From Flavobacteriales bacterium (GTDB lineage Bacteria > Bacteroidota > Bacteroidia > Flavobacteriales_D > Parvicellaceae), in assembly GCA_029243225.1 (NCBI GenBank), contig JAQWSL010000007.1, positions 20,790 to 44,789 of the forward strand: 24,000 nt of DNA. Direction: 5' to 3'. The position numbers and the translations under genes were made by a program. The notes beneath the pieces were generated by a model. The model did no database searches and was not told the DNA's origin. It saw only the letters and a program-made list of their open reading frames with translations. Below are positions 1 to 7,853 of the stretch, in pieces. Each line of letters begins with the position of its first letter. The first letter of the stretch is position 1.

Positions 1-560
1 ATAGATCTAAAGACAGTATATCTATCAACGAAGTGAAAAGAATAGTTAAAGTAAATCATGAGATTTTAACTTGCAGTCCATCTACAGCTGCTAAATTATC
101 AGCTGAACCTGGTTGTGATAGCGTAGTTATGGAAATCGACCCAAAAGGGATTGATTACGCTTCTATGGGGCAATATTGTCCGGTCTTTCCTAATCATCCT
201 AGCTTTGATTGGTCTAGAGATAATTTCGGTCCTTTATATATTCCAAAAGCAGGAAGTACAATTACCTTAGATGAGAATAATTGGATTATTTACAAAAGAA
301 CAATTGATGTTTATGAGAACAATGATGTTGAGGAACTAACTGATGGTTCAATAAAAATTAACGGCAAAGTTGTTACTGAATATACTTTTAAACAAAATTA
401 TTATTGGCTAACAGGAGATAATAGACATGGATCTGCTGACTCTAGATATTGGGGGTTTGTTCCTGAAGATCATGTAGTAGGTACGGCTTCATTTGTTTGG
501 TTCTCCAAGCATGCTGAAACTGGTATTCGTTGGAATAGAGTATTTTCATTTGTTAAGTAA
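1..560 (+). CDS. lepB: Signal peptidase I, C-terminal part (5' end lies outside the window)
   Basis: The frame is open from the window edge; the GTG at 33 is only the first start-like codon in the track. Carries the hallmark box D/E motif GDNRHGSADSRYWGFVPEDHVVG. Its TAA stop overlaps the ATG of the next gene (TAATG at 558-562). Confidence 0.9.
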   Translation, partial: RSKDSISINEVKRIVKVNHEILTCSPSTAAKLSAEPGCDSVVMEIDPKGIDYASMGQYCPVFPNHPSFDWSRDNFGPLYIPKAGSTITLDENNWIIYKRTIDVYENNDVEELTDGSIKINGKVVTEYTFKQNYYWLTGDNRHGSADSRYWGFVPEDHVVGTASFVWFSKHAETGIRWNRVFSFVK

Positions 561-1165
561 TGAATTTTCTATTGGGAACATCTTATGCGGGTAATTTAGA
601 TTATTTCTCTTGTATTAAAAATTCATCCAAAATTTTAATCGATTCACATGAGTTTTTTCATAAACAATCATTTAAAAACAGGTGTCAAATATATGGAGCA
701 AATGGCTTACTTAATTTAACTGTTCCAATTCAAAGAAAAACAGGTAGAACGCCAGTTAAAGATGTTCAAATTGAGTACAGCTTTAATTGGCGTAAAGTAC
801 ATTGGAAATCTTTAGAGAGCTGCTATAGATCTACACCATATTTTGAATATTACGAACATTACTTTGCCCCATTATATGAAAAAGAAAAGCCGAAATATTT
901 ATTAGATTTTAACACAAGTATTTTTGATTTAATTGTTCAAATTCTTGATTTTAACATTCAATTGTCTTTTTCAGAATCGCATCAAAATTCTTTGGAAGGT
1001 TATGTTGATAATAGAGATTTAATTCACCCAAAACTGAAGCCTACCTCCATGTTTAAGGATAAAAAATATTATCAAGTATTTGAAGATAAATATGGCTTCA
1101 TACCAAACCTAAGTATGTATGATTTAATTTTTAATGAAGGGCCTAGCGCTGTACTTTATTTATAA
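560..1165 (+). CDS. WbqC-family protein (function unknown)
   Basis: About 200 aa. The N-terminus (LDYFSCI...IDSHEFFHKQSFKNRCQIYGANGLLNLTVPI) matches my memory of the WbqC-like family, and lepB-wbqC adjacency is typical of Bacteroidota. ATG start overlaps the lepB stop. Confidence 0.75.
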   Translation: MNFLLGTSYAGNLDYFSCIKNSSKILIDSHEFFHKQSFKNRCQIYGANGLLNLTVPIQRKTGRTPVKDVQIEYSFNWRKVHWKSLESCYRSTPYFEYYEHYFAPLYEKEKPKYLLDFNTSIFDLIVQILDFNIQLSFSESHQNSLEGYVDNRDLIHPKLKPTSMFKDKKYYQVFEDKYGFIPNLSMYDLIFNEGPSAVLYL

Positions 1166-4108
1166 TTATTTCTTTTCTGCTTTTTCTATGGCATCTATGA
1201 AAACTCTTTGAATTCGAGTTCTAATATTCATTGTTATTAATTTTTTGTTTTCTGCATCTGGATATACTCTGTTGGAAAGAAAAACATAGACAAAACCATT
1301 TTCTGGATCGGCCCAGGTTAAAGTTCCTGTAAACCCAGAATGTCCGAAGCTACTGTAAGAAGCACAATTAAAACATGTAGGACCTCCTGCACTCCCTCTT
1401 ACAGGTTTGTCAAAAGCAATGCCCCTTCTATTTTTATTGCTTAGATAATATGGCGAGCTGGTAAATAGTTCAACTGTTTTTTTGTCGATAAGTGTGTCGC
1501 CACCATAAATCCCATTTTGCATAAATAGTTGCATCATTACCCCTAAATCATTAGAGTTAGAGAAAAGTCCAGCATGCCCTGCAACCCCACCCATCATCGC
1601 AGCTCCCTGATCATGAACATCTCCATGAATGAGCTGTTTTCTAAATGTTTGATCATCCTCAGTTGGAATAATTCGATCTAAGGACCATTTATTTCTTGGG
1701 TTATAGCCTATGTTTTTCAAACCTAATCTTGAATAATAGGTTTTGTCTACATATTCATCTTGAGACACTTTGGTAATATCTCTTATCATTTCGTTAACAA
1801 AATAATACCCTACATCGCTATATTTATATTTCTTTACTTTTAATAAATCAGTGTTAAGTATTCGTTTGAATATAGTATCTCGATAGTTTTCATTTATGAA
1901 TAAATTATTAGCTACACGTTTGTTAAAATAGGAAGACTTTTTAATGCTGTATATTTCATACTTAGGTTTTCCTTTATATAAAGTTTTAATGTAAAATGGT
2001 ATCCAAGGTGTTAATTTTGCTTGATGAGTAAGCATTTCTTTAAGAATGATTTTACCGTAGGCAGTAGAATCTACAAGCTGTGGAAGATAATCTCCTAGAG
2101 ATGAATCTAATGAGATTTTATCTTTTTGATGAAGATCCATAAGCGCTGCAGCTGAACTTGCTATTTTAGTAATAGATGCTAAATCATAAATATCTGAATT
2201 GTCAACAGGTTTTGATTTTTGGTCATAAGTATGTTTCCCATATGATTTATGAAAGAATACTTGACCGTCTTTAGCTGCATAAATTTGGCAACCAGGAAAC
2301 ACTTTTTCTTTGAAAGCTTCTTCAATAATACTGTCAATTTTAAGAAGATTTTTTGAATCTATTCCTATAGACTCTGGATATACATAAGACAATCTATTTT
2401 TAGAAGTAGAAAGCCCAAAACCTTCCTTGAAATTTTCATTAATAGAAACTGGTAATTTTCCTTTAGCACTTATTCCTCCAAATAATAATTGTCCTGTTAA
2501 CTCGTTTGGTGTTTTTTCATCTTCATAAGCAATTAAAACTCCATCTACTTTAGATATAGATTTAAATTTTGAAAGTGCGTAAGGAGATCCAAAAATATTT
2601 AAAATAATTTTGCTATGATCAACTATATCTTCACATAGCTGGTCTACTATTTTTGATAAACCAAAATTTTGATATGAATTTTGATTCATTTGGTAGACAT
2701 TAAGAATTATTAAATTATGATTCTTCAAATTCATAATTAAAGAGCTTAATTGCTCGTCAGTAGCTCTTTTTTGAATATTATATTCGTAAGACCTACAGTA
2801 TTTATTTATAGAGTTTTTAAATTCTTTTGAATTAGATTCTCCAATATTTACAGTAGCTATATTTAGGGTGTCAAGTCTAGTTATTGGAATAACATTGTTG
2901 TTTTTTATAACTGTTAATGCGTTTTTGTATAGCTCATGATTTAAATAAGAGGCATTGTAGGTATTCAAATCAGGAACTAAGTTTTCTTTATTTACTTTTT
3001 TATGTGAATATAATTTTAACCACTTTTTAGCGCTTAGTATTTTTTTAACTTTTTGGTCAATTTCATTAATTGTTAGTTCTGAGCTTTCGATTGCTTTTTT
3101 TATTTCAGCCACTGCTGCAGGTATGTCTTCTGGAATTAGTAAAATGTCATTTCCCGCTTTAAGAGCTTGAACATCGAGTTTTCCTTTTTCGTAGAATGCA
3201 CTAACGCCTCTCATGTTTAACCCATCTGTAAATATTAAACCTTTAAAGTTTAATTCTTTTTGGAGCAAGTCAGTTACTACTTTTTTGGAAAGAGTTGATG
3301 CCTTATTAGGTGTATTATCTAGTGTTGGTACATACAAATGAGCAACCATCATGGCTTTTAACCCACTATCAATTAATAGTTTAAAAGGATGTAATTCAAC
3401 AGAGTCTAATCTTTTTTTATTATGATATATAATGGGAAGTGTTTTATGTGAATCGCTGTCTGTATCTCCATGACCTGGGAAATGTTTGGCATTGGCTAAA
3501 ATATTTTGATTTTGTAGCCCTTTCATGTACATGAGCGATTTTTTAGCAACTTTATTTGGGTTTTCTCCAAAAGACCTAGAGTTTATTACAGGATTATTTG
3601 GGTTGTTATTAATGTCAACTACTGGTGCCATATTCATATTAACACCTAATCTTTTGCATTGTTTTCCAATTTCTTGTCCCATTTGATATATGAGATTGTT
3701 GCTTTGAATTGCTCCTAATGTCATTTGTTTAGGGAAAGCTATTGTACTATCTAGTCGCATGGATAGTCCCCATTCAGCATCTATTGAAATTAATAGTGGT
3801 ATTTTAGAAACGGATTGAAACTTATTAGTTAAATGTGCTTGTTTGTATGGACTTCCTTGGTAAAATATTATTCCGCCTATGTGGAATTCCTCTATCAATC
3901 TGGATATTTCTTTTTCGTGAGATAAATCCTTGTTAGAATAAGCAGCAACCATAAAAAGCTGACCTATTTTTTCATTAAGAGATAGGGAGTTAAAAACACT
4001 GTCGACCCAATCATTTTTTTCATCACTTGCTTGAATAATAGTTGATGAAAACATAAATGTGCTTACTAATAAGCTTTTAAAAATGATGTTTAACAATGTT
4101 TTATTCAT
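1166..4108 (-). CDS. Secreted fusion of a glycoside hydrolase family 3 (NagZ-like beta-N-acetylhexosaminidase) N-domain and a beta-lactamase-fold serine hydrolase C-domain
   Basis: N-terminal signal peptide (MNKTLLNIIFKSLLVSTFMFSSTIIQA). GH3 motifs KHFPGHGDTDSDSHKTLP and GLIFTDGLNM. C-terminal half has the serine-hydrolase triad of motifs: SITK (SxxK, nt 2165-2176), YSD (YxN-like) and HSG (KTG-like). ATG start at 4106-4108. Confidence 0.9.
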   Translation of the reverse strand: MNKTLLNIIFKSLLVSTFMFSSTIIQASDEKNDWVDSVFNSLSLNEKIGQLFMVAAYSNKDLSHEKEISRLIEEFHIGGIIFYQGSPYKQAHLTNKFQSVSKIPLLISIDAEWGLSMRLDSTIAFPKQMTLGAIQSNNLIYQMGQEIGKQCKRLGVNMNMAPVVDINNNPNNPVINSRSFGENPNKVAKKSLMYMKGLQNQNILANAKHFPGHGDTDSDSHKTLPIIYHNKKRLDSVELHPFKLLIDSGLKAMMVAHLYVPTLDNTPNKASTLSKKVVTDLLQKELNFKGLIFTDGLNMRGVSAFYEKGKLDVQALKAGNDILLIPEDIPAAVAEIKKAIESSELTINEIDQKVKKILSAKKWLKLYSHKKVNKENLVPDLNTYNASYLNHELYKNALTVIKNNNVIPITRLDTLNIATVNIGESNSKEFKNSINKYCRSYEYNIQKRATDEQLSSLIMNLKNHNLIILNVYQMNQNSYQNFGLSKIVDQLCEDIVDHSKIILNIFGSPYALSKFKSISKVDGVLIAYEDEKTPNELTGQLLFGGISAKGKLPVSINENFKEGFGLSTSKNRLSYVYPESIGIDSKNLLKIDSIIEEAFKEKVFPGCQIYAAKDGQVFFHKSYGKHTYDQKSKPVDNSDIYDLASITKIASSAAALMDLHQKDKISLDSSLGDYLPQLVDSTAYGKIILKEMLTHQAKLTPWIPFYIKTLYKGKPKYEIYSIKKSSYFNKRVANNLFINENYRDTIFKRILNTDLLKVKKYKYSDVGYYFVNEMIRDITKVSQDEYVDKTYYSRLGLKNIGYNPRNKWSLDRIIPTEDDQTFRKQLIHGDVHDQGAAMMGGVAGHAGLFSNSNDLGVMMQLFMQNGIYGGDTLIDKKTVELFTSSPYYLSNKNRRGIAFDKPVRGSAGGPTCFNCASYSSFGHSGFTGTLTWADPENGFVYVFLSNRVYPDAENKKLITMNIRTRIQRVFIDAIEKAEKK

Positions 4109-4272
4109 TGAAATGAATGAGTTTTTCTATAAAATTAGTATTACCCCTAATTGAAAGATTTGATTCTTTTATTTATTATTAACGTAAGAGTGTGAAGTGT
4201 ATTTTGCTATTTAATTATTAATGACAAGTCTTATTTTATTTATATTGTATAATTCTTAAAGAAAATCGTTTG

Positions 4273-7200
4273 ATGAATTATAGATTAAATATTGTTTTCT
4301 TGTTCTATTTAATCAATGTTGTTGTTTATTCACAACATACAAATTTTGAATTTTTTAGAACTAGTCCTGATGGATTAAGCCAATCAGTAGTTACAGATGT
4401 TATGCAGGACTCTAAGGGCGTGTTGTGGTTTTCGACTGAAGATGGATTGAATAGTTTTGATGGTGATGTTTTTAAGAGATTTTACAGGGAAGATGGTTTG
4501 TTGAGCCATGAAATTGAATGTGTTGTAGAAGGAGCTAATGAAGATTTATGGGTAGGCACACGAAGAGGATTAAATCTTATTAACAATAATAAGGTTGTTG
4601 CTCTTCCTTCGAAATTATTGGAGTCTTTGAAAAAATATACACACATAAATAAATTGTATTTTCTTTCAGATAGTTCTCTTGTTATAGCAACAGGCAGATT
4701 CAAGTCTAAATTACACATTTGGAATCAAAAGGAGATGAATGAACTGATCTTGCCATTAGAAGGTGAATACATTGTTAATTGTCTTATTGAACATGAAAAT
4801 GTATTATTTATTGGTACAAATAAAGGACTTGTTGCTTTTAAAGATGGTGTTTTTCAAGTGTTTAATGAGTCAAAAGATTTGCGAACTAATATTGTAAATT
4901 GTTTTTCAATTTTTAAAGACAATTTAATTATTGGTTCTAATAAGGGGTTGATTTTTCACAAAAACGACAGTTTTTTTTATGATTCTACTTTTTCAAATTT
5001 TGAAAATAAAAATATTTCAAATTTATCAAGCCATAACAATAGTCTTGTTTTTTCAGAATTTAAAGAGTTTGTTTACCTATATAAGGATTCTGAAATTCAA
5101 ATATTTGATAAATCTCAAGGGCTGTCATCTACTAAAATCAATGATTTGTTAATAGACAGAGAAGGTTCAATTTGGATTTCTTTTTCTGGTTTTGGGTTAG
5201 CTAAGTTTAGAGAAAAACCATTTATATCTTATGATGAATTTAATCGATTTGAATTAGGGCATGTAAACTCTATGTTTGTAGATAATGCTGAGAAGTTGTG
5301 GGTCGGAAGTACAAAGGGATTACAAGTTAAATTAAAGAATGAATTATATTTTAAAAGATATCTACCCAAGTATGATTTTGCCAATTGCAAAATTAAGTTC
5401 AATTCTGTTTCTTCTATTCTTGAAGATGTAAAAGAAAGAATTTGGATTTGTACTCCTATGTCAGCTATCATTATTTATGAAAACGATTCTTTTAGACAAC
5501 TAAATATTAAAGAAAATGAGTTAACCAATCTTGGTTTTGATCCTGAAACTGTTAAAAATATATTGAGTGTGATTAATGATCCTAGAACATTATGTTTAGA
5601 CAACAATGGATTTTTATGGATAGGCTCGTTTACAGATGGTATTGTTGTCTTAGATAAGAATCTAAATTGCATAAAATATTTAAGTAAAAAGAAAGGGCTC
5701 CGTGGAGATTTAATTCAATGTTTTTTTAAAGATTCTTATGGTAATATTTGGATTGGTTCAGCTAGTGGATTAACAAGAATATCAGGTGATTCAATTGAGA
5801 TATTTGATGATTATAAAGAGTTGAAAAAATCTACTTATTCAATAAAAGAGGATCATTTTGGTAATATTTTAGTTGCCACAGATTTTGGATTATATAAGTT
5901 ATTTCTAAATGATGACCAATTAATTAAACAAGTAAAACATTATGATATAAAAAATGGATTAGCTTCTTCTGTTGTTTATGCAATGGAAATAGATGATGCT
6001 GGTAATCTATATCTTGGAACAACTCTAGGAGTTGACAGGGTCACTAAAGAGTCATTTAATGATTATAACATTGTAAACAAGCATTATGGACCAGACGAAG
6101 GCTTTAAAGGGGTGGAATGCAATACCAATGCAAGTTTTAAGGATCACAATGGAGATTTATGGTTTGGAACTAATTCTGTTTCTAAGCTTAGAATTAATCT
6201 TGACGTTATCGATACTATTAAGCCAAATATATTTATTAATGATATTCGTTTAAATTATTTAAATGTTCCTTCATGGGATTTAAAAAATGGTTCTACTCAA
6301 AATATTTTAGGTTTTGATAAGCCCGTGTTTTTTTATAATCAAAATCATTTAACATTTGATTATAAAGCAATTACTAGTGTAAGTCCAAAAAACATAAGGT
6401 ATTCTTTTAAAATAGAGCCAATAGATGTAAAATGGAATCCTAAAACAAAACAACGTTTTAGTACTTATTCTAATTTGTCACCAGGTAGCTACACCTTCAA
6501 AGTTAAAGCTGAGAATATTGATAAAACTGAAAGTGAAATCGTTTCTTACTCTTTTCAAATTGCAAAACCTTGGTGGGATGAGTACTGGTTTTATTTAATT
6601 GAAGTATCCGCTGGGTTGTTATTAATTTTTGGTTTTATTTCAATTAGAGAAAGAAGGTTAAAGTTGAATCAAATGATTCTTGAGAAAAAAGTAAAGCAAA
6701 GAACATCTCAGTTAAATGCTGAAAAAGTAAAAGTTGAATCTCAAAATAAGGAAATTAAGAAAAGTATAAATTATGCGAGAAGAATACAGAACTCCATTCT
6801 TCCAGATGAAAGTTTAATGGATGATTATTTTGAAGATTTCATGGTTTTCTACCAACCAAAAGACATTGTTGGAGGTGATTTCTATTGGTTTAGGTGCTTT
6901 GGGAATATAAGTGTTATTGCATCAGTTGATTGTACAGGTCATGGAGTGCCTGGAGGGTTTATGAGTATGATGGGGAGTTTGTTGTTAGATAAGATTGTTC
7001 AATCACATAATCTAGAGACTTCTAAAATATTAAAAGATTTAAATTCAGAAATTGTTAGAGTATTGGATCAAGAAAGTGGTGGTGAAATTCAAGATGGTAT
7101 GGATATTTCATTATGTGTAATTGACAAGCAAAACAGGAAAGTTTCATTTAGTGGAGCCAGAAACGGAATAACAATAATAAGAGCAGATAAAATTGAGAAA

Positions 7201-7509
7201 TATGATGCAGATCTTTTTTCTGTTGGTGGTTCCTATACTAAAATTAGTAGAGAGTTGAAAAGAGATTTTAAGAGCTATTCTATTGATTTAGAACCTAATG
7301 ATTGGTTATATATGTATACAGATGGTTATTACGATCAGCTTGGAGAAAAGAAAATGAGATCTTTAGGTCTTAAGAAATTTGAAGAAATCATTAAAGAGTG
7401 TAGTTCATTCAAAGAAAATAAGAATCAATTTTTAAGCGAAAAATTTAATTTATGGAAAGGGGAGCTGCCACAAATTGATGATTTACTTATTATAGGATTT
7501 AAAGTTTAA
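4273..7509 (+). CDS. Membrane sensor phosphatase: signal/TM, beta-propeller (Reg_prop) repeats, Y_Y_Y domain, TM helix, coiled coil, PP2C/SpoIIE-type Ser/Thr phosphatase (SiaA/RsbU-like)
   Basis: Repeated xxDxxGxLWxGTxxGL propeller blades (e.g. DSKGVLWFSTEDGLNSF, NEDLWVGTRRGLNLI, HNGDLWFGTNS). Y_Y_Y signature IRYSFKIEPIDVKWNP...YSNLSPGSYTFKVKAEN. TM WFYLIEVSAGLLLIFGFISI (about nt 6590-6650). PP2C region nt 6766-7506 with INYARRIQNSILP, GGDFYWF, DCTGHGVPGGFMSM, DGMDISL, YTDGYYDQ, QIDDLLIIG. The track starts at TTG 4270; I prefer the adjacent ATG at 4273. Confidence 0.9.
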   Translation: MNYRLNIVFLFYLINVVVYSQHTNFEFFRTSPDGLSQSVVTDVMQDSKGVLWFSTEDGLNSFDGDVFKRFYREDGLLSHEIECVVEGANEDLWVGTRRGLNLINNNKVVALPSKLLESLKKYTHINKLYFLSDSSLVIATGRFKSKLHIWNQKEMNELILPLEGEYIVNCLIEHENVLFIGTNKGLVAFKDGVFQVFNESKDLRTNIVNCFSIFKDNLIIGSNKGLIFHKNDSFFYDSTFSNFENKNISNLSSHNNSLVFSEFKEFVYLYKDSEIQIFDKSQGLSSTKINDLLIDREGSIWISFSGFGLAKFREKPFISYDEFNRFELGHVNSMFVDNAEKLWVGSTKGLQVKLKNELYFKRYLPKYDFANCKIKFNSVSSILEDVKERIWICTPMSAIIIYENDSFRQLNIKENELTNLGFDPETVKNILSVINDPRTLCLDNNGFLWIGSFTDGIVVLDKNLNCIKYLSKKKGLRGDLIQCFFKDSYGNIWIGSASGLTRISGDSIEIFDDYKELKKSTYSIKEDHFGNILVATDFGLYKLFLNDDQLIKQVKHYDIKNGLASSVVYAMEIDDAGNLYLGTTLGVDRVTKESFNDYNIVNKHYGPDEGFKGVECNTNASFKDHNGDLWFGTNSVSKLRINLDVIDTIKPNIFINDIRLNYLNVPSWDLKNGSTQNILGFDKPVFFYNQNHLTFDYKAITSVSPKNIRYSFKIEPIDVKWNPKTKQRFSTYSNLSPGSYTFKVKAENIDKTESEIVSYSFQIAKPWWDEYWFYLIEVSAGLLLIFGFISIRERRLKLNQMILEKKVKQRTSQLNAEKVKVESQNKEIKKSINYARRIQNSILPDESLMDDYFEDFMVFYQPKDIVGGDFYWFRCFGNISVIASVDCTGHGVPGGFMSMMGSLLLDKIVQSHNLETSKILKDLNSEIVRVLDQESGGEIQDGMDISLCVIDKQNRKVSFSGARNGITIIRADKIEKYDADLFSVGGSYTKISRELKRDFKSYSIDLEPNDWLYMYTDGYYDQLGEKKMRSLGLKKFEEIIKECSSFKENKNQFLSEKFNLWKGELPQIDDLLIIGFKV

Positions 7510-7847
7510 ATTCCTTTAAACTCAAAAGGAACATCAACTAAGATTTCTAATTCTCTTCCTCTATCATACATGATAATATGATCTTTTGGATACTTCCAAA
7601 TTGCTTTGCCTTTTCCTCCTTCTAGTTTTGATAAAAGCTGAATGAATTGTTTTGCGGAAGATGAATTGAAATATGAAAGCTCAAAAACTAATGTTAATAG
7701 TTGATGCTTTGTTTTAAAATAATTGTCGATCTGATCTTTAACATCTTTATAAAAATCTATTGCATCTTCCATCATAGAAATACCAGAAATGGATAACACA
7801 TTATTTTGAGTATCTAGATTTATTAAAGTTTGGCCAAAGTGTTCCAT
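7506..7847 (-). CDS. DUF1987 / SiaC-like regulatory phosphoprotein (partner-switch substrate)
   Basis: 113 aa with the DUF1987 pattern as I recall it: ISGISMMEDAIDFY ... FELSYFNSSSAKQFIQLLSKLE ... IWKYPKD ... VPFEF. ATG start lies 6 nt after the stop of the upstream kinase-like gene. Its stop overlaps the stop of the convergent phosphatase gene. Confidence 0.8.
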   Translation of the reverse strand: MEHFGQTLINLDTQNNVLSISGISMMEDAIDFYKDVKDQIDNYFKTKHQLLTLVFELSYFNSSSAKQFIQLLSKLEGGKGKAIWKYPKDHIIMYDRGRELEILVDVPFEFKGI

Positions 7848-7853
7848 ATTTTA

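Noticed and set aside
1166-2400. Beta-lactamase-fold domain as an antibiotic-resistance determinant
   Set aside because: It is fused to a GH3 domain, and its motif variants (YSD, HSG) are typical of esterase or DD-peptidase-like family members, not clinical class A or C beta-lactamases. There is no mobile-element context.
4270-4272. TTG at 4270 as the start codon of the first sensor gene (as in the ORF track)
   Set aside because: An ATG follows immediately at 4273 and gives the same signal-peptide-like N-terminus. The ATG is the more parsimonious start, and the difference is one codon.
4482-5672. Track ORFs 4482-4718, 5229-5471 and 5475-5672 on the minus strand inside the first sensor-phosphatase gene
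   Set aside because: They are entirely antisense to a long, motif-rich CDS. Their translations are low-complexity with no recognisable motif. AT-rich genomes generate such antisense frames by chance.
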